Under the pieces are notes generated by a model that saw only the letters and a list, made by a program, of their open reading frames with translations, was not told the DNA's origin and did not search any database. A stretch of 64,000 bases of DNA from Octopus sinensis. Its lineage: Eukaryota. The position numbers and the translations under genes were made by a program. Below, piece by piece: positions 1 to 12,505 of the stretch. The DNA lies in assembly GCF_006345805.1 (NCBI RefSeq), contig NC_043024.1:5022001-5086000 (forward strand), read 5' to 3'. Within the stretch, counting starts at the first letter, position 1, and every line of letters starts with the position of its first letter.

Positions 1-1210
1 CGCCAAATACAGGAAGGAACCAGTTAAGCAAGGATTAAGGGCTAACTAAATTCTTTTCAACAATAGCGATCAGCCATCATTTCTATATGTCGTCTCAACA
101 TTTTAAAAAATATATTTACTACTAATTTTCGAGTAAAAGATTATATAAACGGATTTTTATTTTTACTTTTGGTCAAATTAGGTACTTTCTAGTGTTTCGT
201 TTCTTCCGTATACGACATTTACTTTTCGTTTCAGTATTTCAGGTGCACACTCGTATTTTTATATATTCCCCATTTTCTTATGCAAATTATATTGTACTTT
301 CCTGCCTTTAACTTAAATTATCAAACTTACACGCCACAAAGAAAGAGAAATTTTACCTAAACAAGATACAGATCTGACGTTAACGAATATAGGAAATAAC
401 CAAAAGTGCAATGAAATGTCTAAAAGAAAACAAACAGAATGAAAGTATTAAAATAACAGCCTGGATCTTTTCGGTTTGAACGGCAGTTTTTAACATAATT
501 TCTAGGTAACTAAAACATTTTAAACTTTTTATACTGGTAGAATGTGTTTATAAAACATCATTTTCTCTTGGCTTTATTGAGAAAATTCTATGGTTTGTAA
601 GATATTTGTTGTTGTTTTTACTTCAATTTCTGCAATTTCAACCAATCAATGACGCCTATTGAGGTAAAAAAAACATTCTGTGCTGTATGAATATGTCCCT
701 CGTTTAAGAAACAGATTGGGTTTATTTACATTTGTGAAGAAAAAAAATAATACCCTTCCCCTAATTCTAACCCTAACCCTGAAACAGATTGAAATGCAAT
801 AGATCGTATTTGTTTAGTGAAATTCTTTCTTTTAACTGGTATTACTTAATTAGAGTGGTCCAGGTACGCGCACTCGCGCATCCGCACTAGCTAGTCGTGA
901 CTAGTCGATCCTACAACGACTACGTAGCAAAGTAAATAAAACAAAAAATACATAATTTTTTTTACACAATAGTAAATAAAACACTAAAAACACCAAGTAA
1001 ATAAAACAAAAATACAAAGTAAGGATACTCGAGTGCGCGCACCGGGAGCACTCTTCTGAAGGAGTACCCTTTTAACTTACTCAACACATCGAAACAATCA
1101 GATATATGGCATGACACATATATAACAGAAATGTTTTTATAAATATAATACTTACACAATAAATATATATGTATATACTTTCTTTTAAGCAGCAGAAAAT
1201 TCAACAAAAT

Positions 1211-1248
1211 CTGTTACTCTGAGTTTCTCGTTGCCGTTCATCAGACAG
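1211..1248 (-). ncRNA. Minimal hammerhead ribozyme, second family
   Basis: Reverse strand reads ctgt-CTGATGA-acg-gcaa-cga-GAAACTCAGAGT-A-acag. Stem I ctgt/acag, near-palindromic stem III, A-A mismatch at the base of stem II. Confidence 0.72.
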
Positions 1249-3039
1249 TTTTTGCTAAGATTTTGTTGAATTTTCTGCTGCTTAAATTAAAGCATATTAC
1301 TCTACCACTGGTATTTGAGTGCTCTTTTTTCCACCTTGTTTCACATTTATGTGTTTACTCCGGTATATATGTATATATGCAGAGTGAGTCAACGAGGAGG
1401 GTGTGAGAAGAATATAATGTAGTGAAAACTGAACTCAGAGTGGACAAAGAGAGCTTCAAGAGAATTTCTTCCTTTTTACAACAAACGTTAATTAATATTT
1501 TTCAGGTCCACATAATCAAAAATGCTGCATCTGTTTCTTTAGAAATTTAATTACCAATCGTGTATATATTTAATTCAGTTTTCTCTTAAATATCAGTTGT
1601 AAAGTGGAACCGATCAAGCAATAAAAATACGTAAGAAACAGGAGCAAGAAAGCCTTTTAAGAATTTATGTGAAACACCTCAGCTCTTAATTAAAAACGGA
1701 TATTAGAAATAGAGTCATTTCCCCTTGTCTGTTAATTGCTAAATCTTTCCAATTCTGTTTCCTTGTTTAAGAGAGAACCCAATTGAATATACACACGTTT
1801 GATAATTAACTGTGTAAAGAAATCCGTACAGTATTCTTTATTAAATTCACCTGCAAAATATAAATCAACGTTTGCAATTAAAAATCTAGAAATTCTCTTG
1901 AAGCTGTCATTGTCCACTCAGACTCCAGTCCTCACTGCTTCATCATATTCTCACATTTTCCTCGGTGACTCTCTCTCTATATATATACATATATTTCTAC
2001 GTGAGTATTATATTTATTTAAGCATTTCTATTGTATCCGTGTCATATTACGTACATTTGCTTATTCTGACGTGTTGAATAATTAAATTAAAAGAATCTCA
2101 CTAAACAAAGCCGAAATTATATGAAAGTAAGGCTGACATTCGAATACTTTTGTTTTATTTTCTTTTAGACATTCCGTTCCAGTTTTGGTTATTTCTTACA
2201 TTGCTTTGAGTCAGTGCTATACCTTGTTTACACAACATTTTCCTTTATTTTTGGCTTGTAAATCTAACAATTTAGTTAAATGCAGGGAAATTACGATGTA
2301 ATTTCTGAAAAATAGAGAATACATAAAAATTAGATTGTGCACTCGAAATACTGAAATGAAAAGAGGATGGTTCACATGGATCGGCATTTTTGTGAAACAT
2401 TTAAAAAATGTCTTTATTTTTGCTAGTTCTTCTCCGTTATTACAATTTATAACTTATATATATATATAAGAGGGGTACAAAGGAAGTCTTGTCAATAATT
2501 TGAAAAGGCAGAAAAGAAAAGAAAAATTAGGAATAATTGTAAAGGATGTGTATCGTGATGAAGAAAATGAACGATTTAAGTAAAATAAGAAAAACCATCT
2601 CAAATATATATATATATATATATATATTCATGTTATTTTTTTTATTAATTACTTCAGAAATGCGGCAAGACTCCCTCCCCCCGTTAAAAATTTTTTGGGG
2701 GACACGTTTTAGCTGCAGGGAATACGACTCTGCAAAAAAATTTGGCATTTTTTAATTACCCACCCCACCCCCATTTCCGTCATTTTTTTTTTTTTACTTT
2801 CTTCAGAAATTTTTTTTTTCAAAATATGCAGAAAAATACGGAGATTATCATTCGGAAAAAAATTTCCAAAAACTTTGTCTTTTTAAGAATTTCTTTTCTC
2901 TAAATATGCAGAAAAATATGGACATTATGATGCGGGAAAAAATTTCAAAACATTTCTGTAGTTACGGTTAAGATTAGGGTTTTAGGGTTAAGGTTAAGGT
3001 TTTCGGGTCAGTCTGTGGTAAAGACACTCGGGGTTTCTG

Positions 3040-3640
3040 TTGCACAAGATCTCCTTGATTGTGTCAAGAATGATGAAAACTTTTTGGAAATGGTCATAAT
3101 GGGTGATGAATCGTGGGTCTATAGCTATGACTTTGAAATAAAGGCTCAGTAGAACTGCTACAGATGTGACAGCACACATGAGCTTGAGAGAGGGCTGACC
3201 TCATGCACTTCTCATGAGGAATTCTGGAAGGAGCTTCGTGAGACCACTACTGAGACACTTCCGGAAAGAAAAAAAAAAGCCACTGGAAAACCGATTATAG
3301 CAGTGACTCGATCAATTCCCAGGGATATCTGAAGAAGGGATTTTTATATTCCGAAATATTATATCAAACTATGGACGATTAAATTACAACGGTTATTATA
3401 ATCCGTTGTTGTGCCATTCAATGCATTATTTTTACGAACAGTGCGCAATGCTTCAAGCAAACTGCAATGTTCCCCTAAAGGTTCAGTCTTTGAAGTTGAA
3501 AACCTCGACCTCTCCAAGACTGACGAATGTGAAGACACTGTTGACCGTTTTCTTCGATTCCAGGGGATTGTTCATCATGAGTATGCTCCACCTGGTCAGA
3601 CAGTAAACCAGGAGTTCTACTGTGACGTTTGCGGGATGCT
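3040..3640 (+). mobile_element. Mariner transposase fragments
   Basis: FLEMVIMGDESWVYSYDFE (3075-3140) and KTLLTVFFDSRGIVHHEYAPPGQTVNQEFYCDV (3530-3630, frameshifted). Confidence 0.8.
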
Positions 3641-3724
3641 ATTCATTGGAAAGGGCCACAATTCAATGCCTCTGGAGAGTGACAATGCACATGCCTATTC
3701 AGGTGGCAAAACAGGTGTGATATC

Positions 3725-4023
3725 TGTGTTACTTGTTCCTTCTCGAGCCATGCCTGGCTCATAAGGGCCAGTTTCCTTGGCATATAGGTTCCCCACCTGG
3801 ATGGGACACCGGTCCATCGCAGTTGAGCTGCAAGATGCAGGAGGAAAGAGTGAGAGAAAGTTGTGGCGAAAGAGTCAGCAGAAGTTCGCCATTACCTTCT
3901 GCCGGAGCCGCGTGGAGCTTAGGTGTTTCACTCATAAACACACACATTGCTCGGTCTGAGATTTGAACCTGTGATCCCTTGACCATGAGTCCGTTGTTCT
4001 AACCACTAGGCCATGTGCCTCCA
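3725..4023 (-). mobile_element. tRNA-derived SINE
   Basis: Minus strand gtggaggcacaTGGCCTAGTGG...GGTTCAAATC (Pol III A and B boxes) followed by a unique body. Confidence 0.8.
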
Positions 4024-4731
4024 CATCTGTGTTACTAAACAAAGCTGTGTTGACAAGATAGAACTCCGAGGTGAAAACATTGGTTATCTAGGCCATTAAC
4101 ATCTATATTGGTGTGTGTGTGTGAGAGAGAAAGAGCGTGTGTGTCACAGATTTAATGTCCAGGAGTTGCTATTATAATTATTGAATCTGCTCGTAATTTA
4201 TTAACTTTAGGGTAAGTTTATTAGTTTGAATGCAGGTTTACTTCTACAATCCATTAAAACAGAAATGTCGTAAATTTGCACTTTTGAATATCTGCCTTTT
4301 AAACATGCTTTATGCCTTATATTATTTTTTTTATTCTTTCAGAAAGATCACATGAAATTGGCTAAAAAGTATTTTTTACTTTTAAAGAATCAATATGTAT
4401 CATGTTTGAAAGACTCTGCAAAGATATTCTACAAACGTATAATCCTTCTTCTATAAAACATTGCTGAATTACAGTAAAATATTTCCTCTGTGAGAGAAAG
4501 CATTTCTTTACTTCTGTGTCTGAAATATGTAAGAGATAATTTTCTCTTTTAAATATACTTTGATGGATTTACAAAAGTATTTGCAACATTTTTAAATATT
4601 GGCATTGATCACGTTTAGAAGAAATATAAGAGAAGTGATATTTGTTTGGAATAAACTATAAAAACGAAAAGAAGAAAAATATTTGGTGAGAGAAGAAATA
4701 TTCTTTGATTGATTTTATTTTTTCTGAAGTG

Positions 4732-5757
4732 ATGACAGAAGAATTAGGACAATCCTCACATGACTTCTCAGAAGAAAGTAAATTCAATGAACACAAACGA
4801 ATTCATACAGGGGAGAAACTTTATCCCTGTGATATCTGTGGGAAAGTATTCTCTCAAAGCAAATGTTTAACTAGACATAAGCGTATTCATACAGAAGAGA
4901 AACGACATCACTGTGACATCTGTGGTAAATCATTCTCTCAAAACACTACCTTAACTACGCACAAACGGGTTCATACCGGGGAGAAACCTTATCACTGTGA
5001 TATCTGTGGTAAATCATTCTCAGATGGCAGTAGCTTTACCAAACACAAGCGTATTCATACTGGTGAGAAACGACATCGCTGTGACATCTGTGGTAAGTCA
5101 TTCTCTTCTGCAAGAAACTTGATTGCACACGACCATATTCATACAGAGGAGAAACCATATCAATGTGATATCTGTGGTAAATCTTTCCCTGAAATCTATA
5201 GCTTAACTAGACACAAACGTATTCATACAGGAGAGAAACCTTATCATTGTGATATCTGTGGTAAATCATTCTCTGGTGACAGTAGCTTAACTACGCACAT
5301 ACGTATTCATACAGGAGAGAAGCCTTATCCCTGTGATATCTGTGGTAAATCATTTTCTGATGCCAGCAGCTTATATAAACACAAACGCATTCATACAGGG
5401 GAGAAACCTTTTCACTGTGATATCTGTGGTAAATCATTCTCTCAAGGAATTCACTTAACTACACACAAACTAATTCATACAGGGGAGAAACCATATCCCT
5501 GTGATATCTGTGGTAAATCATTCTCTGATGGCAGTAGCTTAATTAGACACATACGTATTCATACTGGTGAGAAACCATATCACTGTGATATCTGTGGTAA
5601 ATCATTCTCTCAAAACACTGCCCTAACTACACACAAACATGTTCATACAGGGGAGAAACCATATCACTGTGATATCTGTGGTAAATCATTCTCTCAAAAC
5701 ACTGCCCTAACTACACACAAACAGGTTCACACAGGGGAGAAACCCATATCAATGTGA
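4732..5757 (+). CDS. C2H2 zinc-finger protein (paralogue A), 11 complete fingers, no effector domain
   Basis: ORF 4705..5757 starts at TTG; first ATG is at 4732 (MTEELGQ). Repeated [19 protein letters not shown] units. An extra C near 5745 (gagaaacccatatc) shifts frame; out-of-frame finger repeats continue to about 5920. Confidence 0.9.
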   Translation: MTEELGQSSHDFSEESKFNEHKRIHTGEKLYPCDICGKVFSQSKCLTRHKRIHTEEKRHHCDICGKSFSQNTTLTTHKRVHTGEKPYHCDICGKSFSDGSSFTKHKRIHTGEKRHRCDICGKSFSSARNLIAHDHIHTEEKPYQCDICGKSFPEIYSLTRHKRIHTGEKPYHCDICGKSFSGDSSLTTHIRIHTGEKPYPCDICGKSFSDASSLYKHKRIHTGEKPFHCDICGKSFSQGIHLTTHKLIHTGEKPYPCDICGKSFSDGSSLIRHIRIHTGEKPYHCDICGKSFSQNTALTTHKHVHTGEKPYHCDICGKSFSQNTALTTHKQVHTGEKPISM

Positions 5758-6917
5758 TATCTGTGGTAAATCATTCGCTCAAAACACTGCCCTAACTACA
5801 CACATACAGGTTCATATAGGGCAGAACCCATGTCACTGTGATATCTGTGGTAAATCATTCTCTGTTGGCACTAACTTAGATCAACATAGACGTACTCATA
5901 CAGGTTAGAAAATCATAATTTAACTAAACACAAGCATATACATATTGAAATCATTGCTGAATTAAACACAGGTGCATTCCTTATCAATTGGATTCGTAGC
6001 ACAGTAATATTTTTTTCTCTACAATCATCAACATCATCACCATCATTGAACATCCACTTTTCCATGCTTCTATGGATCACATAGAATTCATTGATGGAGA
6101 TTCTCTGCAGCTGCATGCCTGCCTTTCCTGTCACCAATCCTCACTTGTTTCCAAGCAAGGAAATATTTTCCATGGTGAGACATATTTTCTGCAAAAGACT
6201 TGAAACGAACAACTGCATTTGTATGAGAAAGGTGGTCATTTACTAGTATCGTGTGATATCCAGTGAAGGGTACACAGACACACACACACATCTATAAATA
6301 TATACATATTTAAAAAGCATCCATTATGCTCTTGGAGTGGTTGGCATTAGGAAGAGCATCCAGCCATATACACACTGCCAAATCAGAGTGCAACTTGGTG
6401 CAGTTCTGTGGCTTGCCAATTCCAGTCGAACTGTCTAACCCATGCCAGCATGGAAAGTAAACAATAAATGGTGACGTATGTATGAATAATTTCTAATGGG
6501 AGATATCTGACATGTTTCCCTTCCTCTCTATATAAAATTTTGTAATTCCTGTTAGCAAATGAAACACATGTAATGATGAATAAATAATACCAAAAACTTT
6601 TTCCAATCTCCTCTTCTGTTATATACTTACTCTGCAAAACTATTTTTCCGGTATTTATCAATTCTTAAGACATACCTGACTCAAGTATAACATCTAATGT
6701 ACAACTTTGGAGTAGTGGAGCCAGCATATATACTTCAAGATGACACAATTTAGATTATAACCTACCTATGTATATATATATATATATACAAAGTGAGATA
6801 GGGGTTATGAGTGTAACTCACTATGGGATATCAGTTATCCAATATAATATTTTTAATATTGTGTATTTTGTTTCATGTTTATATTTGCATTTTATATTTT
6901 TATAATTGTACTTTATA

Positions 6918-7045
6918 ATCTCTGATGAGGCCTTGAGATGTATATATATAAGTAACTCATTTTTAACTGCATATTACCTCAATACATCTGACTAATATAG
7001 GCAGAATGAGATACCTTTATCTACAGGCTGAAACAGCTGTAAGAT
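6918..7045 (+). ncRNA. Minimal type I hammerhead ribozyme with ~91-nt loop II insert
   Basis: atct-CTGATGA-ggcct...aggct-GAAACAGCTGT-A-agat. Stem I atct/agat, stem II ggcct/aggct, palindromic stem III ACAGCTGT, GUA triplet with predicted cleavage after 7041. Confidence 0.8.
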
Positions 7046-7624
7046 CCATTTTATGTGTATTATTTTTATGGTATTATCTTACTTATTGATGTATATTGTT
7101 TTATTCTGTTTTATTTTGTTGGATTTGGATGTTCCTATTTATGTAGTTAATAAATAATATGAATTGGTAATATCTGTAAGTCGTTGATTGAAATGAATCT
7201 GTTCCTCCATTTTCTTATTTGTATTATATATATAAATTTATATAAATATATATATATATAATATTGCAATACAAATGTATTAGTTTCCAGTAAAATACAG
7301 CCCCATAAGGGTAGAATTATACACATAAAAACAGATGAGTGGTAGAACAAGGCACCAATAAGTAGTGGAAAATAGCAATCGATACAAATACATCTAATGT
7401 ACAACTTTGGAGTAGTGGAGTCAGCATATATACTTCAAGATGACACAATTTAGATTATAAACCTTTCCTATATTTTGTTACAGTTAGACAAAGGAAACAA
7501 CAAATAGAACAGGTTTTTATGATTCAATTATGTATTGAGAAAAATGGCAAAAACTTGCAACAAGGACAGCACAAAGCTGTTATAATGAATTTGAGAGCAA
7601 GGTACAGAGCCATTACGAAAATAT

Positions 7625-8110
7625 TTGAGTTCAATCATCATCATCATTGTTCGACCATGGTCGAGACAATGGAATTTACCATGCTACACCAGACTTCACG
7701 GTCCATCATGGCACACGGAGGTCCTGTTGCTGGATGCCTGTGTCCCTGGAGATTACATCAGGGTAGGAGAGTGTGCGCCCTCATGTATTGCGAGTAGATG
7801 GCTTCCAGAGGATAAGAGTAGAAATTGCCTCGTTTTCAGCTCTACAACAATGTCCAGCAAACTGGACTCTCCTACCTTTCACAAGAGATGACACAGGTGG
7901 TAGTTTCCCATATATTTGCATTTTGGTTGGATGACGCTTCCACGAGAGATTTTGAGCTCTCATAAGGAGCAGAGTTGTTACAAAGTGCAGAGTTGTTACA
8001 AAATGATTGAGTATGTCGGTCCTTGTTGACGTAAAGTCCAATGTCAGAGGTCGCAGTCGCAGATTTCCTTTGTTTATTCCAAACTCTCAGCATGCCAATC
8101 CAAGCAAACA
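7625..8110 (-). mobile_element. 3' end of a different RTE-type LINE
   Basis: RAQNLSWKRHPTKMQIYGKLPPVSSLVKGRRVQFAGHCCRAENEAISTLILWKP, followed by a (TGA)n tail at 7635-7648. Confidence 0.75.
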
Positions 8111-8244
8111 GGCAAGGTAACACTACTCACCCTCTTGTATGTTGTACTATGTTATGTTAATCTCTTACCTCAGAGGGAGAGAGAACGGCAGCAAGTTCAG
8201 GAGGAAGACTGAAAGATATTTTCCTTAAAGCCGGTCATTTTTTT

Positions 8245-8625
8245 TTTTACTTGTTTCAGTCATTTGAGTGTGGCCATGCTGGAGCACCACCTTTAGTCGA
8301 GCAAATCAACCCCCAGGACTTATTCTTTGTAAGCCTAGTACTTATTCTATCGGTATCTATTGCCGAACCGCTAAGTTATGGAGACGCAAACACACCAGCA
8401 TCGGTTGTCAGGCAATGTTGATGGGACAAACACAGACACACATATATATATATACATATATACGACGAGCTTCTTTCAGTTTCCGTCTACCAAATCCACT
8501 CACAAGGCTTTGGTTGGCCCGAGGCTATAGTAGAAGACACTTGCCCAAGATGCCACGCAGTGAGACTGAACCCAGAACCATGTGGTTGGTAAGCAAGCTA
8601 CTTACCACACAGCCACTCCTGCGCC
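8245..8625 (-). mobile_element. Abundant tRNA-derived SINE (ggcgcaggagtggctgtgtgg...gactgaaacaagt family)
   Basis: Full-length copy. Other copies or fragments at 20385-20640, 33105-33330, 34202-34315, 34400-34500, 34620-34770, 41930-42060, 51398-51558 and 56590-56890. Confidence 0.88.
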
Positions 8626-9000
8626 TTTGCTAGAGAAAGATGAGCTGGTGAAAGTTGTATGTATCATGGCTGTCTCTGGTCATCTCATTTCACCAACTGG
8701 CTTTGCTTTACGAAATTCTAGTATTTTATAAGTGCAATATAGCGAGAAAGAGAGGCATATTGCCGAGAACAATGGGGAAACTGATGTAGGTAGCTCTTCA
8801 TTTAATTTTGACTTTTGGTGGTATAGAAGAGGTTAGGGGTGATGTAGGAAAACATAAATTGGCCTGGCAGAGGGTATGTGTGGAGTGTCACTGTTGTCAA
8901 CTACTGTTTTTCTGTGGGAAAATGCTGTTTTCAGGTTCAAATCTATATGCCCCAAATGAAATCCACTATTTTACTTCCCAAGGAAAAGACTTTCATAACA

Positions 9001-9040
<40 letters not shown>

Positions 9041-12000
9041 TATGACCCTCCTTAATTCTTCTGTTCATCTGCTTCTACAACTCTCTCTCTTCTCTTTCCC
9101 CTCCTTAATTCTTTTGTTCCTCTTTTTCTCTCCCCACGTGACCGATAGGCCAGACGGCTAGCCCTCTTTTTGCGTCTGACCACGGTCAGTGCAACATCAA
9201 TATTCTTCCGTGTGTTTGTGAAAGTTCTGTATCTCTGCCTTAAGGCTTCATTTCCACACACACCAGCTGAATTCAATTCGTCCCCAGTCAAAAGACACCT
9301 GTTGTTATGTCCTGTTTTTGTTATTAATATTTTTATTGTATTTTGTATTTATATTTGTGTAACATCGTCTGTTTTTCCGTCCTTGTTTTTGCATACATTC
9401 CATGCTTTCTTCCAAGGAATCTGATGCTCTTAGCTTACTTTTTCCTTGGGGCTGGCCAGATTGGGGCAATTTCAAGATTAATCAGCCGAAATTGCGAGGA
9501 TGATCTGGTTCTTTACTGGGGATAGAAAACTTCGAATGACCCATCCTTGTTTTTCATAAAGGACCCGTACTTTGGTGTGAAATAATTTTTTCCACACGTT
9601 TTTTTGAGTGCATTCAACAATGCTTAGTCCAAACCCACCACCTAACAGATTCTTCCGGAAAAGAAAGGGGGAGGAGTGGTGGGAGACCTTGGAGTTTCCC
9701 ACCAACAGAGTTTTGTTTTTTTTTCCGGGTTATTTTACAAGCTTTCAATGTATGTGACCTTGAAATAACACGTAAACGACTCCTTTCCTTAGAAAAAGAA
9801 AGATTCGGCCACTATTTCTTGCATGCCCTGCTACCACCTAACAGCTATTTTGAGTCCTTTATCGTAAATAGCTGTTGTATGGTAACAGGGCATGCTAGAA
9901 ATAGCAACCGAATCTTTGGAGATGAGATACATTGAATGCACTTGAATAAAACCTATGGAAAGAATTTATTTCACAGTGAGGTTATGAACAGGTCTTTTAC
10001 GAAATATTTACAGTATTTCTAAAGCCATTTTCACTTTGAAATATTTTTTAAATATGCCAAAACAATTTTCGTAATGGTATTCAATTGAAAATAATAAAAA
10101 AATAAATAAAATTGTCTGTTTAAAGAAAGCTAAAATATAGATACAAAAAAGCAAAAATAGAAACATTTCCTGTAAAAATAACTTTTTATGTTGGCAAGTT
10201 AGTCATAATGTGTCTACCGAAAGGCTAGAAATTCTTCCTTTTCAGGGTTAAGTTATTTTTGGTGTATTTTCCCAATATGCACTGTTTTGGTTATTTATAC
10301 CCACCAAAACTGCTAATATCTCAAGAACCAGTTGTCCAATTCACGCGAAACTTGTTTTATTCCATTTGTATTCACATTTCAGGAAAGTCTTAATTCTTAG
10401 TATTTTCCCCATTATGTGCCATTTTGGCTATGTAACATTGGAAGCAAGATTGAAGTTCATTTTTAATGTAATATATGTTTGTGTGTGTGTATAGATCTGC
10501 CTACTTACAACTGCAATACAAGTATTTAGTTGTGAATAAACCATTATACTTGGCACTTGTTGGCCAGGAGAAAGGCTTTGATAGAATTCCTCAGTTGGCC
10601 ACACACCAAGGTTCAACAGAACCTACTGAAGCAAGCCAACGTGCTTCTGGCATTATCACAGGCAAGAGCAAGAAGTTGACGTTAAAGTTCGTACTCTTTT
10701 CAAATTTTGGCACAAGGCCAGCAAATCCACGGGTGCGTGTGTGTGTTAAGTTGAATATGTCGATTCCAGTGCTCAGTCGGTGTTTATTTCCATCAACCCC
10801 CAAAAGGATGAAAGACAAAGTCCACCTTGGCAGAATTTAAATGCAAATGTCATGTCAGAAGAACCACAGCTAAGCATTTTCCCCAATGTGCTAACGACCC
10901 TGCCAGTTTGCCACTTTAGTTTATTATTAATTACTAGTGGGACCCATGTAAATTCTACAGAATGAAAGAAATTAAGAGGACCTATTTAAGAAAGAGAGGA
11001 TGATTTGCATTTTTATAGCATTCATAGTTTTAGCTTTCTTTGAATATACTTGGCATCTGTCTACATCCAATTCCTCACAACACCATCGGTGCCATCTTTT
11101 TCCTCTTTTTTATTCTATCTTCTTAGTGTTCCATGCTCTAGATCTGTGCATCTTTTCTCAGGCAGCTTGCAACTGTGTCTCTTGTGAATCCATAGTTTAG
11201 GCTAAATTAATCCTTAGAAACAAATATCAATCTCTTAAGTGAGAAGACGATAAATAATTGCACAGAAGTGCAAGTGTTGAGTGATGGTCTCTATAAACCA
11301 CCATCATCTCTCTCTTTCTGTGCCTTTCTTTAATATCAACATCTTTAATATCAACCTTCAGCTAGCTTTTTTAAACATAAAATAACTATTACATTCCCCC
11401 TATCACATGTCATGCTTGCTTCTTTCTTAGTTTTTTGTCTCTCCTTTTTCTTTCTTTCTCTATTTGCCTCACTCTTTGTCTTATCTTTTCTCTCTATACC
11501 CTCTTTTCTCTAATAACATGAAAGTGTTACTGACGAGCTAAGTAACAGAACGAGAAGCAGAATTATTATAAGATCACCTTACTCTATTTCTCCCTCCCTT
11601 TTCTCCACTTCTGTCCCCACCCCTCATTTATTCCACTAATCTAATGAAAGCATAACAGCTGTACAAACAAGCTGGGTATTATATATATACATAAATATTA
11701 TTTTTGTCTGAGGTTTGGATAATATTTTTTGCAGAGTAATTACATATCACATGAGGAGACTGGAAAACAGTTTGATAGTATTTATTCAGCATTACATGTG
11801 TTTCATTACCTAATAGGAATTACAAACTTTTAGACAAAGAGAAAACATGTAAAATATCTCCTATAAGAAATTCTTCATACATACATATATATACGTGTGT
11901 GTGTGTATGCACAAGTGAGTGTACCCTTGTCCAGATATTATGTGATGTCCGTAAATGGCCATCATGACTGGCATACTTGTGCAGTTGTTCATTTCCAGTC

Positions 12001-12505
12001 CTCTGCGTAAAATGTCTCACCAGGGAAAATATTTCCTTGCTTGGAAACAGGTGAGGATTGGTTGACAAGAAAGGGTACCCAGCACAGGAAAATCTCCATA
12101 AATGAATTCCATCTGATCCATTGAAGCATGGAAAAGCGAATTTTAAATGATGATGATTATCATCATTGTAGTGATATGGTTCCTCTTCTGTTTGAATGCA
12201 GTTATGTTTTAATAATTGATCATTTTCATAGATTGATTTAGCACAAATGTCTTAGGGTATGGTTTTATCTTTCATATTAATATGACTGTGTAGAATTCTC
12301 CATTTTCATAGAATGATTAAGCACTGCTATCACAGTGATATGTTTTCCTTCCTCTGTCAATGCTCTTTTGATTTGTTAATGGATCATTTCAAATGAAAGG
12401 CTTACCATTGATATCACATTCATATAGTTTCTATCTTGTGTAGAGGGTTTTATGAGATACAAACTTGTCCTTCTGAAGGAATGTTATACAACCAATGTCA
12501 CTGTG

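Noticed and set aside
870-935. CpG-rich patch cgcgcactcgcgcatccgcactagctagt, a possible Helitron 3' end or promoter
   Set aside because: No clear hairpin stem and no matching 5' TC terminus could be identified.
2965-3003. TTAGGG-like repeats (also ccctaaccct at 770-782)
   Set aside because: Only 2-4 degenerate units, probably part of dispersed repeats; not enough for an interstitial telomere call.
3990-4023. tRNA-like A/B boxes in SINE heads
   Set aside because: No full cloverleaf or acceptor stem, and each is followed by SINE body; these are not tRNA genes.
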